Below, one piece after another: positions 38,603-47,784 of a stretch of 64,000 nucleotides of DNA (positions are counted from its first letter, which is position 1; each line of letters starts with the position of its first letter). The stretch lies in NCBI GenBank assembly GCA_023268715.1, contig JALRLV010000007.1, positions 19,939-83,938 on the forward strand, read 5' to 3'. The notes beneath the pieces were generated by a model. It saw only the letters and a program-made list of their open reading frames with translations. It was not told where the DNA came from and did not search any database. Origin of the DNA: Candidatus Thalassarchaeaceae archaeon (lineage in GTDB: Archaea; Thermoplasmatota; Poseidoniia; Poseidoniales; Thalassarchaeaceae). The translations under genes were made by a program, and so were the position numbers.

Positions 38603-40029
38603 TGATTGATGATCAATGGGTTGGCCTTGGATATCTGCTTTCGGCAACTCTATTCATCTTCGGCTTGAAGAGATTATCCCACCCAAGAACAGCTCCTCGG
38701 GGTAATCAATTGGGCGCCATGGGGATGCTTGTAGCAGTTCTCACAACCGTACTACAAATGGAACTAGGAGATGGTATCGAAGGTTGGATTTTGATTGGAA
38801 GCGGATTACTTCTAGGGGGTCTAATCGGCTGGGTTATGGCCGTCCGCGTCGAAATGACCGGGATGCCTGAAATGGTCGCTTTGTTCAATGGATTCGGTGG
38901 CGCAGCATCAGCTTTGGTGGCACTGTCTGAATCCTGGAAATATATCGAGGATGATACATTAGAAATTCCTACAGGTCTGGAACTCGAAGTCATGGTTGTC
39001 GCAGCCGGACTCTCAGCATTGGTTGGTTGGATGACACTAACTGGGTCTTTACTCGCTATGCTAAAACTCAAGGGTGGCGTGGAATTTTTCGGCAAATGGA
39101 TTCGTACACCTACTTGGGGTCCGTCTTGGTTAAATCCCGTCAAGGGATTGTTATTCATCAGCACACTGGTTCTAATCTATATGTCAATCCAAGAACCTAC
39201 TGAGACCGACTACTTATTCGCAATAATTGGAATTTCATGCATACTTGGCATACTGTTGGTCTTACCTATCGGTGGTGCTGACATGCCGGTCGTAGTATCC
39301 TTGCTAAATTCCCTATCTGGTATCGCCGCGGCATTTACAGGGTTCATTATCTCAAACAGTGTTTTGATAGTCGCTGGTTCCTTAGTTGGTGCCAGTGGTT
39401 TGATTCTAACATTCATTATGTGCAAAGCCATGAATAGAGAACTAATTGATGTACTTTTCAAGGCGTTTGGCGGCTCTGATAAAGAACAGTTAACTCGCAC
39501 AAAGGTCGGTAGCGATGCAGACGAAGTTGCGATGATGGTTGACGGTGCTCAGAAGGTAATCATAGTACCTGGATATGGTATGGCTGTAAGCCAATGTCAA
39601 CACCAGGTCAAGGAATTTGCAGACTTAGTGTCAGAGAAATTTGACACTGAGGTGAAGTATGCTATACATCCAGTTGCAGGCAGAATGCCAGGCCACATGA
39701 ATGTCCTACTGGCTGAGGCGAATGTCCCCTACGATCAATTAATCGAAATGGATGAAATTAATCCAGAGATGCCAGAGGCAGACGTAGCCATAATTATCGG
39801 AGCAAATGATACCTGTAACCCCGCTGCAAGAACTAACGAAGGTCCATTAGCAGGGATGCCGATAATTGATGCAGACATGGCAAGAACAGTTGTAATCATC
39901 AAGAGAAGTTTGTCAGTTGGCTATGCCGGAGTAGACAATGATTTATTTTACATGGACAAGACAATGATGTTATTTGGTGATGGAAAGAAGATGATGAATG
40001 AACTCAATGCCGCAGTAAAGGAGTTGTAG
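38602..40029 (+). CDS. pntB: NAD(P) transhydrogenase subunit beta
   Basis: Multi-TM N-terminal half, then VPGYGMAVSQCQH...YAIHPVAGRMPGHMNVLLAEANVPYD...IIGANDTCNPAA. Confidence 0.93.
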   Translation: MIDDQWVGLGYLLSATLFIFGLKRLSHPRTAPRGNQLGAMGMLVAVLTTVLQMELGDGIEGWILIGSGLLLGGLIGWVMAVRVEMTGMPEMVALFNGFGGAASALVALSESWKYIEDDTLEIPTGLELEVMVVAAGLSALVGWMTLTGSLLAMLKLKGGVEFFGKWIRTPTWGPSWLNPVKGLLFISTLVLIYMSIQEPTETDYLFAIIGISCILGILLVLPIGGADMPVVVSLLNSLSGIAAAFTGFIISNSVLIVAGSLVGASGLILTFIMCKAMNRELIDVLFKAFGGSDKEQLTRTKVGSDADEVAMMVDGAQKVIIVPGYGMAVSQCQHQVKEFADLVSEKFDTEVKYAIHPVAGRMPGHMNVLLAEANVPYDQLIEMDEINPEMPEADVAIIIGANDTCNPAARTNEGPLAGMPIIDADMARTVVIIKRSLSVGYAGVDNDLFYMDKTMMLFGDGKKMMNELNAAVKEL

Positions 40030-40036
40030 ATTACAC

Positions 40037-40055
40037 CGCCTCCCAAGGGGAGGCG
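40037..40055 (+). terminator. GC-rich hairpin CGCCTCCC-AAG-GGGAGGCG directly after the pntB stop
   Basis: Perfect 8-bp stem read from the sequence, 8 nt after the stop codon. No following T-run, so a terminator role is tentative. Confidence 0.3.
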
Positions 40056-40108
40056 AACGAGCAAGGGTTATGTGTTTGACGAGGTCGCAAGGATAACAGG
40101 AGGTCTTG

Positions 40109-41101
40109 ATGATGGTGCGTTCAACAAAGCTCATTGTCGCTTTGTGTCTAGTAGGATTACTAGCTATCCCAGCATTCGCCAATAGTGGTGGCCCTCCATA
40201 TCTCAATTCAGATAATCAAGAAACTGCCAAATACGGGTGTACTTGTCATTACTCCAGTCCTGGTGAAAGAGCCGTTGTTATGGTTTCAGGAGTCCCAGTG
40301 ATGTACGAAACAGATCAATCCTACGATTTTGTAATCACAGTGGCTGATTCTGTAACTCTGGCTGGAGCGGATGGCAACACCAAAGCTGGATTCCTCCTTA
40401 CAGATAACGGCGCTGGAACTTTCTCTTGGGATGATTCACAAGAGATTAGAGAAGCCGACGGAGATGAAAATGCGATTTCACATTCAGAAACCGGTGATGG
40501 AGTTTGGACCATAACTTGGACAGCACCATCATCTGGTTCAGATACAATACTCTTCAGCATAGCTGGTAATTCAGTTAATGGAGATGGGATTCCAAATGAG
40601 TATGATTACTGGAATATCCTGACATTTTCAATTAACCCACCGGGCTCTATTGCAGCGGGAGATGGTGATGCAACGTTGCAAACTCGTACAATTGCAGTCG
40701 GCGATTACCAAACACTCTTCGTCCTTGAAGAAAGTGAGGCTGAAAAAGAAAAAGAACGCCAAAAGCAGCTTTCCGATAGAGTCTTTGAAAGTGGTAACTT
40801 GTTTTACTGGACTTCCCTAACCGCCCTAATAGTAGGTGCCGTTTTCCAACGGGAAATTCTCGAAAGGCGCCACGGACCAGGTCCCGAACACTTAGCCATG
40901 GAATTGGCCTATCCACAAGCAGTTAGGCGTGGACTAGTTGCAGTCATTGCATTCTTCTTTGCGGTCGACTGGTCTGCCAACGGCGGTCAACATGACTTCA
41001 TTATTGGATGCGCTTGGTTCATAGCCGCTTGGGCCTCATATGGGGTGTATCGAACTGTACGTTCGGCTAAAGCAGAACCAACCGTCCACGACGTGATGTA
41101 A
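40109..41101 (+). CDS. secreted beta-rich protein with C-terminal TM helices, hypothetical
   Basis: Signal peptide MMVRSTKLIVALCLVGLLAIPAFA, a soluble domain of about 190 aa, a charged helix (EESEAEKEKERQKQ), then hydrophobic segments. AGGAGGT upstream of the ATG. Confidence 0.5.
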   Translation: MMVRSTKLIVALCLVGLLAIPAFANSGGPPYLNSDNQETAKYGCTCHYSSPGERAVVMVSGVPVMYETDQSYDFVITVADSVTLAGADGNTKAGFLLTDNGAGTFSWDDSQEIREADGDENAISHSETGDGVWTITWTAPSSGSDTILFSIAGNSVNGDGIPNEYDYWNILTFSINPPGSIAAGDGDATLQTRTIAVGDYQTLFVLEESEAEKEKERQKQLSDRVFESGNLFYWTSLTALIVGAVFQREILERRHGPGPEHLAMELAYPQAVRRGLVAVIAFFFAVDWSANGGQHDFIIGCAWFIAAWASYGVYRTVRSAKAEPTVHDVM

Positions 41102-41102
41102 A

Positions 41103-42209
41103 ATGGCAAACAGTAGTCTAGTAGACCGTAAACCGGTCACTAGCCATTTGGAAGATTTACATTCTTTAATTCGAAGAAGTGCATTTGTATTTCTTATTGC
41201 TTCTGCCGTCACATCAATTTGGGTGGAAATAATTCTCAATAATTGGAGCCTTTCTCAAGCACCCTCAGGTGCTTTATCCGTCTATGGCCCTTATGATTGG
41301 ATAGAAATGAGATTCATGGCTGTAATAATTATCTCTTCTGTAATTTCTCTTCCTTTTTTTTCTCTCGATTTGAGATTATTTGCCAATGCAGGACTTCTAT
41401 CTAATGAGAAACGGTGGCTAGATTCATACTTGATTTTGAATGCAATAATTGTTCCCAGTATTTTGTATTGGGTATGGTTTAGTATGATACCTTATTACAT
41501 CGAAGCAGGTATTCAACTAGACTCAATTTCTTCAGTCACACCGAGATATGACGCCTCAGAATTATTTGCTTTGGCTAGTGGCATTTCTTGGATCTTAATT
41601 CTAACATTTACTTCTACCCTATTCCTTTCCCTTTCTAGATTATTTGGTTTGGTTGAAGAAGGCCGAAGTAGATTTAGAAACCGAGTCTTTGCTATTGTCG
41701 GTGGTTTGCTAATTTTGACCCTGCCGGAAATTTTTGAAGGTCTTAGAATTTTGATTGCAATAACTGTATTGCTAACTTCTGAGGTAATATCTCGAACAGT
41801 GCCGAAGGGTCCATTGGGTCCGCGTAATCCAGTATTTACCCAGTTTACCGACAAAGACGGTTCTATTCAAAAAATAGCTTTAGTTGACTGTTCGTGTGAG
41901 GGGGCTTGCCCGTCATTTGAGGAAGACTGGCTGCACCAAAAAATACCAATTCTACAACCAAGTGCGCTATGTTTGGACGAGAATGAACAATTGGCATTGA
42001 GAGAACTGGTACAACGTAATTCACTCACTCGCTTGACTATAACTGGTTGTGATGGATATCCCTTACCAATCGATTTTCGAACCTACATCGAATCCAATCA
42101 AACCGAATTAGATGGACTAAATTGGTTAGATGAAGACAATTCTAATTTACCAAAATGGAGAAAACAATCTTTGCAGTTTTATTCGTCAGAATATCGTAGA
42201 TTGCCATGA
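41103..42209 (+). CDS. TatC-like membrane protein with a roughly 135-aa C-terminal cytoplasmic extension
   Basis: N-terminal VTSHLEDLHSLIRRSAFVFLIA (compare TatC HLxELRxRl). FANAGLLSNEKRW (compare FvaPGLyxxEkr). Six hydrophobic segments. It starts 2 nt after the upstream stop. Confidence 0.5.
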   Translation: MANSSLVDRKPVTSHLEDLHSLIRRSAFVFLIASAVTSIWVEIILNNWSLSQAPSGALSVYGPYDWIEMRFMAVIIISSVISLPFFSLDLRLFANAGLLSNEKRWLDSYLILNAIIVPSILYWVWFSMIPYYIEAGIQLDSISSVTPRYDASELFALASGISWILILTFTSTLFLSLSRLFGLVEEGRSRFRNRVFAIVGGLLILTLPEIFEGLRILIAITVLLTSEVISRTVPKGPLGPRNPVFTQFTDKDGSIQKIALVDCSCEGACPSFEEDWLHQKIPILQPSALCLDENEQLALRELVQRNSLTRLTITGCDGYPLPIDFRTYIESNQTELDGLNWLDEDNSNLPKWRKQSLQFYSSEYRRLP

Positions 42210-42258
42210 AATTGAAGCGTTATCAATTCAACAATCCGTTCCCTTCAAGGGAACGGCT

Positions 42259-44280
42259 ATGTTCGATATCGGTATGAAGGGACTTAGGGCAGGGCTCGTG
42301 GCTTTGTTGTTGCTAGGTGCCATATATGTGCATTTTAATTCGGATATGGTGGATAATTGGGCCTCGAATCGAGTATCCAATGATGACGATATTGGGCTCC
42401 CATTGTTGGGTGTTCAGGTTGATGAACAATGGTTAGTCCTTCAAGTTGAATTTCCGAATAACCAATTTTCAACTTCAACCGCCTCAAATATTCTAATCGG
42501 CGATGGTTCTGCTGAGGAATACATTGAGCAAATGACGGCGGGTTCTTCGACATTATCTGTGACTTTATTTGACGAAGTTTGGCAAGCACCAAATGGTGTA
42601 AAAAATTGGGGTGAAGATGTTGCCGGAGAGAGGGACCATGGTGCAGATGGAAACGGGGCTGAAACTTTGCTTCGAGATGTTGCGTCAGATCAGTTACAAG
42701 GAATTGACCTTTCGAATTGGGACTTGAACTCGGACGGAGTAATCGACAGAATACTAATTCTGCACTCAGCACAACCTCAGGAAATAAATGGGGGTACGGA
42801 TTCACTTTGGAGCCATTTCACAGGAATGCAAGAACCATTAGAAATTGGAGATTGGAGTATTGAACACTTCACAATCGCCTCCGTTCATTCTGGCGTGGGC
42901 ACAGTGGTGCATGAAATGTTACACCAGATGGGCGCGTTAGATTTGTATGATGTTCACAGCGATTTACCCACCAGTAATTGGAATGGCATTGGTGACTGGG
43001 GGATAATGGCTAGTGGTAATTGGAACGGTAATGGTGCAATACCTGCCCTGCCCTCCTCCTCTACTCTGGATCTAATTGGGGTTAAGAGAGGTATTCAAGT
43101 TGATCCTATTTTTGCTAATTATACCATCCAAGGAATATCTCAAGGAGGTTCATACTTAGAAATTCCAATCGCACCAAATGAATGGGTTCGATTCACACTT
43201 AGAGTCAATTCCGGATTCGATTCAGCTCTGCCTGGGTCTGGAGTTATTGTAGAAATTCAAGATAAAAATAATGGCGATGAAGGTAACAACCTTGTCAATA
43301 CTGACCCTGAAAAAGCATGGCTGAAAATTCTCGAAGCGGATGGCGATGCGGCGCTGCAACGAGGCCGAGATAGTGGTGCACCCGGAGACGCTTTTACTCA
43401 AGGAGATCAATTGGGAGCAAATGGGATGCAGATCCGAGATAGTAGAGGTCGTTTGGTACAATGGACTGCGACAATTGAGCACATCAATTCCGAAGAAACA
43501 AAAATTAGTTTCGAATTCCCCAGTAATCCGTCCACAGTTAATGTATTACCTCCTAGAGGTCCGTTGGAAATTCTAGGACAAGAAACAATTTTTGCCACAG
43601 TAATTGCAGAGACTCCTTGTCAATTAGAAATCGATGTCCATACTTCAACCAATTCAGAGGGGCTTGCTCCAAGAATCATTTCAATTGACCAAGGAGAATC
43701 TACAGTAGAACTTGCTACCGCTAACCAAATGGCTCAGGGTTCTGGATATCTTCGAGGAACAATTGGTTGTCAAGGTGAAGAGAATTGGCAAATCGACTTA
43801 GACTGGTATTCCATTGGCCATAGGATTACTTCAGAACACCTTACTGCGGTGATTCCATGGGATGAAAACTCCCAGCTGTCACTATCTACATCTTGCTTAG
43901 GGGAAGGTTCACGAACATACTCTATCGCAGTGGAGGGGGCACTCTCTCGAATAGCCACAGTTCAAACCGCTGGTGAATTACAAGCATGCCCCGGCATAGT
44001 CCTAAGCATAGTTCCAGATGGATTATTGACGCCCGGTATGATTGCAGAAGGTGAAATCGTTTTCGTTGACTCTTTTGGACTAGAACAAAGAGTTCCAGTT
44101 ACACTTACTGCACAATCATCATTCAATGGGGATAGCCCTCTTTCTTGGCTTGTCAAACCTAGCAACGCAATCATGGTTATTTTTGTTTTACTCGCGATTT
44201 CATTGATGCCTACATCTAATCCTAAACCAATTAACCAAAATCAACCTACAAACGAAGACGACGAATTTCAATTATTGTGA
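42259..44280 (+). CDS. secreted M6 (immune inhibitor A)-like zinc metallopeptidase, C-terminally anchored
   Basis: Signal/TM GLRAGLVALLLLGAIYV, zinc motif VVHEMLHQMGALDLYD (HExxH...DLYD as in the M6 family) and a C-terminal TM helix AIMVIFVLLAISLM. Start taken at ATG 42259. Confidence 0.7.
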   Translation: MFDIGMKGLRAGLVALLLLGAIYVHFNSDMVDNWASNRVSNDDDIGLPLLGVQVDEQWLVLQVEFPNNQFSTSTASNILIGDGSAEEYIEQMTAGSSTLSVTLFDEVWQAPNGVKNWGEDVAGERDHGADGNGAETLLRDVASDQLQGIDLSNWDLNSDGVIDRILILHSAQPQEINGGTDSLWSHFTGMQEPLEIGDWSIEHFTIASVHSGVGTVVHEMLHQMGALDLYDVHSDLPTSNWNGIGDWGIMASGNWNGNGAIPALPSSSTLDLIGVKRGIQVDPIFANYTIQGISQGGSYLEIPIAPNEWVRFTLRVNSGFDSALPGSGVIVEIQDKNNGDEGNNLVNTDPEKAWLKILEADGDAALQRGRDSGAPGDAFTQGDQLGANGMQIRDSRGRLVQWTATIEHINSEETKISFEFPSNPSTVNVLPPRGPLEILGQETIFATVIAETPCQLEIDVHTSTNSEGLAPRIISIDQGESTVELATANQMAQGSGYLRGTIGCQGEENWQIDLDWYSIGHRITSEHLTAVIPWDENSQLSLSTSCLGEGSRTYSIAVEGALSRIATVQTAGELQACPGIVLSIVPDGLLTPGMIAEGEIVFVDSFGLEQRVPVTLTAQSSFNGDSPLSWLVKPSNAIMVIFVLLAISLMPTSNPKPINQNQPTNEDDEFQLL

Positions 44281-44357
44281 AGTATCACTTTCACTAACCG
44301 ACTCAATACCTCTCTCTCGTTGGCTTATTGATAGGTCATTTGTTTTGCCTTCAGCCT

Positions 44358-45179
44358 ATGTCTCGGCTAACGAGTATCTCTTGGGGTGATTCAGCAATAG
44401 ATCTAGTATTACCAAAACCAAAGGTGCCCTCTGTTCTCCTTATTGATCAAGATAGAAAGGAATTCCAAGGTACACTATTGCGAATGGTAGCTAACGAATT
44501 GTCTGAACCTAGACCAGTGCATTGGATTGATGGAGGAATGGCATTCGACCCCTCTCCTCTTCTTCCTTTGTTACGAATACGAGGTTGTAAAAATCGTGAA
44601 GTATTGTCTAATTTCCACATATGTCGTGGTTTCACAGCTCACCAAACAGCGTCGATTATTCAACGACTGTCTAATGAAGCCAAATCAAAAAATTCGCCGA
44701 ATAGAATGATAGAGGGAAGGATAATAGTGATTTCACAAATACCTAGGATGTTTATGGATACTCAACTTAAGAAATCGGAAGGGCGCTCTTTGTTGAAGGA
44801 AACACTTCAACGATGTAGAGATATTAGTAAAGATTCGAATTCCTTGGTGATTCTCACATCAAGTCGAAATTTATCACCACCATTAAGCAAGGATATGCGC
44901 GAGATTCTGAGACAATTTACAGATGATATACTGAGGGTTGGTGAACCATCCTCGAAAAAATCAAATCGTGGTTTGGTACGAAAGAGATTACACCTTTTGT
45001 CTATTGATAGGGAAATGATTTGGGCACAATTACCGTTAGGTCAAACTTCACTTCTGGAATTCCGTCATATCCAAGCCTCTAGACTGGATTGCCTCTTCGA
45101 GCCTGCAGCTACAACATCTTCATTCCAACCAAAGGGAGATAGTATGGAAGTGGCTGCTCGAACTGCTAGTGAAGTATAG
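44358..45179 (+). CDS. hypothetical protein with a RecA/RadB-like layout but no Walker A or B
   Basis: ISWGDSAIDLVL...VLLIDQDRKEFQGTLLRMV...VHWIDGGMAFDP...FHICRGFTAHQ...RIIVISQIP parallels RadB/RecA block order. GxxGxGK[ST] is replaced by DQDRKEFQ, and the Walker B Asp is replaced by Ser. Confidence 0.4.
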   Translation: MSRLTSISWGDSAIDLVLPKPKVPSVLLIDQDRKEFQGTLLRMVANELSEPRPVHWIDGGMAFDPSPLLPLLRIRGCKNREVLSNFHICRGFTAHQTASIIQRLSNEAKSKNSPNRMIEGRIIVISQIPRMFMDTQLKKSEGRSLLKETLQRCRDISKDSNSLVILTSSRNLSPPLSKDMREILRQFTDDILRVGEPSSKKSNRGLVRKRLHLLSIDREMIWAQLPLGQTSLLEFRHIQASRLDCLFEPAATTSSFQPKGDSMEVAARTASEV

Positions 45180-47452
45180 AATTCAGCGTCTCCTTTTTGT
45201 CCTGAAATGGAATTCGTTCGTGACTCAATTTCTGATTGTAATCGCACCCTGTCGGTAGGATGTTCTCTTTTCCAACCTGTTACGGCAAAACGAATCTTCC
45301 TTCCAGGAGGTGTGTTTTGTTCTAGCGCCCGGGCACGAAGAAGAGCCGCTGCTGTCAGATTCATTACACGATGATTACCAGTTTCATATCGTACTCTTCT
45401 ACCTACTATCAATTGACTCAATGGCACTTCTCCTCTCTTCATGCGAGAAATTTCATCTTCAACACGTTGAGCCGCGATTTTCGGCCCAATTCCGAAAGGA
45501 TCATTCGCTAAATCTTCCATCATGTCTTCTTGTAATTGCCTTATCCATTCACATGTTGAATGCTGGCGTAATTCAATTCCTCTAACCTTCCACTCTTCTC
45601 CTATCTTCGCATAATATTTGGTGAGTGCGCCGACTCCTGTCGTTCGATTTGGGATGAATGCGATCCAATCATATTCATGTTCTAGTTCAAGAGGTATGCC
45701 AACCAACGCCTCAATTCTATCCATCAAACGTTGGTATGAATCTCGTTTTTCCCCCTCGCTTCGATTCTTTCTATCTTTTATCCAAATAGCGTCTACTATA
45801 GCGTGTATGCAATCCCATCCTTCTTTGTTTGCTTCTTCAATAGTGGTCAGGAGTATTTCACGAGACCAGGCACAAATGGCCTCGTGACATTCTATTCTAC
45901 CAAAGCGTGCATTTCGATAACCAGTATAGCCAAAACAGGTTACTAATATCCACTTCAGAACATTTTGTCTTCTGTCCCAAACGTCTCCTTTGTTCTGCCT
46001 TTTTTCTTTCAATACATTGCGTCTTTCAATTATAGGTGCTACCACTCTACCTAGGAATCCATGCCTTTTCGTACAGACATGCAATCCAAGCTCGGGTACA
46101 ACTAATTTGAATTTTTCATTATTTTTCTGCCGTTTTTGAATTTCAGCAGCGGCTGTTTTGACATTCAACGATAATCTCCCGTCTTTTCTTGAATAGTCCA
46201 AATCTAGATTACAGCACAGACAATTCATAGTTTCAGGGCTAATGTTTCTCGTTGCAATTATGCTGGGGAATAAACTCGCAAAATCTAGTTCGATAACACC
46301 TTGGTGCACACCAACAATTGGGTCTAAGTATAGTCCACCCCGATCAGCCAGCATTATTTGTTCAGCATCTTTCATATCTTCTGGCCTATTCTTTTTCCAA
46401 GGAACCAATACCCCATCTTCAATCGATTGACGAATTTGCATAGCTGAAATTGCTGAACCTGGTGATAATCTCGATAGGTCCGCTGCTGGTAATCCCGAAG
46501 CTCTTGATAATTCCATTAATCCCTCAATCCCACCTTCCTTGCCTATGAAAGAGCGCCCCATATCAATGTGCAATCGCCCTTCTAAGGAATGGTACGCTTC
46601 CTTTCTTAGAAGTCGACCGTAGCTCCAAGTCACACGTTCTTGAGAGCGAGGTCTACTTCCTCTTCCATTTCTACTAATATTCAGCTCCACCCCCGACTTC
46701 TCGGCGAGTCTAATCAATGCAGGAATGTCGACATTGTCTCCATCATGGGTGATTACAATGTCGGGATCAATTTCCTCTATTTTTCTGTGGAAATCATCTA
46801 GCATATGGGCTGAGCAAGTATATGCGTCGGCAACTAAAGTTTGACTGAATGATTTGCTTTCGCAACTAATTAGTCCTTTGTCAACTATTGTGATGCTAGA
46901 AATTGGTGCGCTAGCCTTTCTTTTACCATTTACATCTATGCAACAAACATAGAGTTCGATGATTCTAAGAGGTGGAAGTTGCCAATCAACTTCGTCTCTT
47001 GTATCTAAGGGAAAAACTTGATTGCCAATTATCTTCACTCTGCCAAATGGATGGGTTTTGAGGTCTAACAAAAATTTCTGAGTGATTTTTGGATCAACGG
47101 AAAAAAGCTCGAAATTTCGCCATGAGCCATTTGCGTCAATCATCTCTGCAATTTTTCTTATCTTCGATGGCTTCTGCAAATTAACTGCAAGGACTTCCAC
47201 CTCTTTTTGTGATTCATGTGAGGTGCGATGTCTTTCCCATCTCAATAAAAGTGGTCCAAATGGACGTTGGTATTCAGGTCTAGAAAGGGCTCTACCTAGT
47301 TCATCCAATCTGTGCGATTCTCCATGAACATGTATCGTGAATGACCATGGCATTAGGATCTGTTGAACTCCTCCATCATCTTTCTTTATCCATAAACTCA
47401 TACATTCGGTTTTGATATCTAAATGACAATCAAGGATCCATCCTTCATCCAT
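45065..47452 (-). CDS. polB: family B DNA polymerase, divergent (exonuclease and motif C degenerate)
   Basis: ExoII-like IVITHDGDNVDIPAL, ADRGGLYLDP, motif A ELDFASLFPSII, motif B KWILVTCFGYTGY and KxY LTKYYAKIGEEWKVRGIELRQH. Motif C reads HAIVDAIWI instead of YxDTD. Confidence 0.9.
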   Translation of the reverse strand: MDEGWILDCHLDIKTECMSLWIKKDDGGVQQILMPWSFTIHVHGESHRLDELGRALSRPEYQRPFGPLLLRWERHRTSHESQKEVEVLAVNLQKPSKIRKIAEMIDANGSWRNFELFSVDPKITQKFLLDLKTHPFGRVKIIGNQVFPLDTRDEVDWQLPPLRIIELYVCCIDVNGKRKASAPISSITIVDKGLISCESKSFSQTLVADAYTCSAHMLDDFHRKIEEIDPDIVITHDGDNVDIPALIRLAEKSGVELNISRNGRGSRPRSQERVTWSYGRLLRKEAYHSLEGRLHIDMGRSFIGKEGGIEGLMELSRASGLPAADLSRLSPGSAISAMQIRQSIEDGVLVPWKKNRPEDMKDAEQIMLADRGGLYLDPIVGVHQGVIELDFASLFPSIIATRNISPETMNCLCCNLDLDYSRKDGRLSLNVKTAAAEIQKRQKNNEKFKLVVPELGLHVCTKRHGFLGRVVAPIIERRNVLKEKRQNKGDVWDRRQNVLKWILVTCFGYTGYRNARFGRIECHEAICAWSREILLTTIEEANKEGWDCIHAIVDAIWIKDRKNRSEGEKRDSYQRLMDRIEALVGIPLELEHEYDWIAFIPNRTTGVGALTKYYAKIGEEWKVRGIELRQHSTCEWIRQLQEDMMEDLANDPFGIGPKIAAQRVEDEISRMKRGEVPLSQLIVGRRVRYETGNHRVMNLTAAALLRARALEQNTPPGRKIRFAVTGWKREHPTDRVRLQSEIESRTNSISGQKGDAEFYTSLAVRAATSILSPFGWNEDVVAAGSKRQSSLEAWI

Positions 47453-47702
47453 TCTTCAACCTCTCAATTTCGTCTTCGATTTTTGATATTCTCTCGTACG
47501 CTTCGACTAACATCGATAGAAATATTGGTTCCATAGGGTCGACTGTGGGTATCATTCCACAAGCCGCCGCTCTGTTTCTCGCAGCATTAATCATCGAATC
47601 GTAAGTTGAACGTTCTTGCGGCCTCAACGTTCTACGAAACTGCTTCCAGCCCTGTATTCTTTCTTCCCCTCTCATCCTCCAAGTTGCAACTGTTCGACCC
47701 AT
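47445..47702 (-). CDS. small hypothetical protein (85 aa) translationally coupled to polB
   Basis: The ORF ends 8 nt inside the polB start. Its own upstream region holds AATATA (- strand, plus coordinates 47755..47760) after the endA oligo-T. No family recognised. Confidence 0.45.
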   Translation of the reverse strand: MGRTVATWRMRGEERIQGWKQFRRTLRPQERSTYDSMINAARNRAAACGMIPTVDPMEPIFLSMLVEAYERISKIEDEIERLKNG

Positions 47703-47767
47703 GGGCTTTCTTGGCGAATCAAATCACCTAACCTTTTTTTTGTAGGCAGGGGGGTATATTCTCCCCG

Positions 47768-47784
47768 GGTAAAAGTGAAAAAAT
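47768..47784 (-). terminator. oligo-T tract immediately after the endA stop
   Basis: The minus strand reads TGA-ATTTTTTCACTTTTACC. Archaeal termination typically occurs at oligo-T runs. Confidence 0.35.

Noticed and set aside
40238-40249. Possible heme c attachment site (GCTCH) in the secreted protein upstream of the TatC-like gene
   Set aside because: The motif is CxCH, not CXXCH. No established heme-attachment motif has this spacing, so no cytochrome call is justified.
42130-42258. Upstream extension of the M6 protease ORF, overlapping the TatC-like gene by 80 nt
   Set aside because: The extension encodes no signal peptide and overlaps the upstream gene. ATG 42259 is immediately followed by a signal/TM segment and is the more plausible start.
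47734-47741. T8 run on the + strand in the endA/small-ORF spacer as a terminator
   Set aside because: All neighbouring genes are on the - strand, where this is an A-run. The relevant - strand oligo-T is at 47768..47784.
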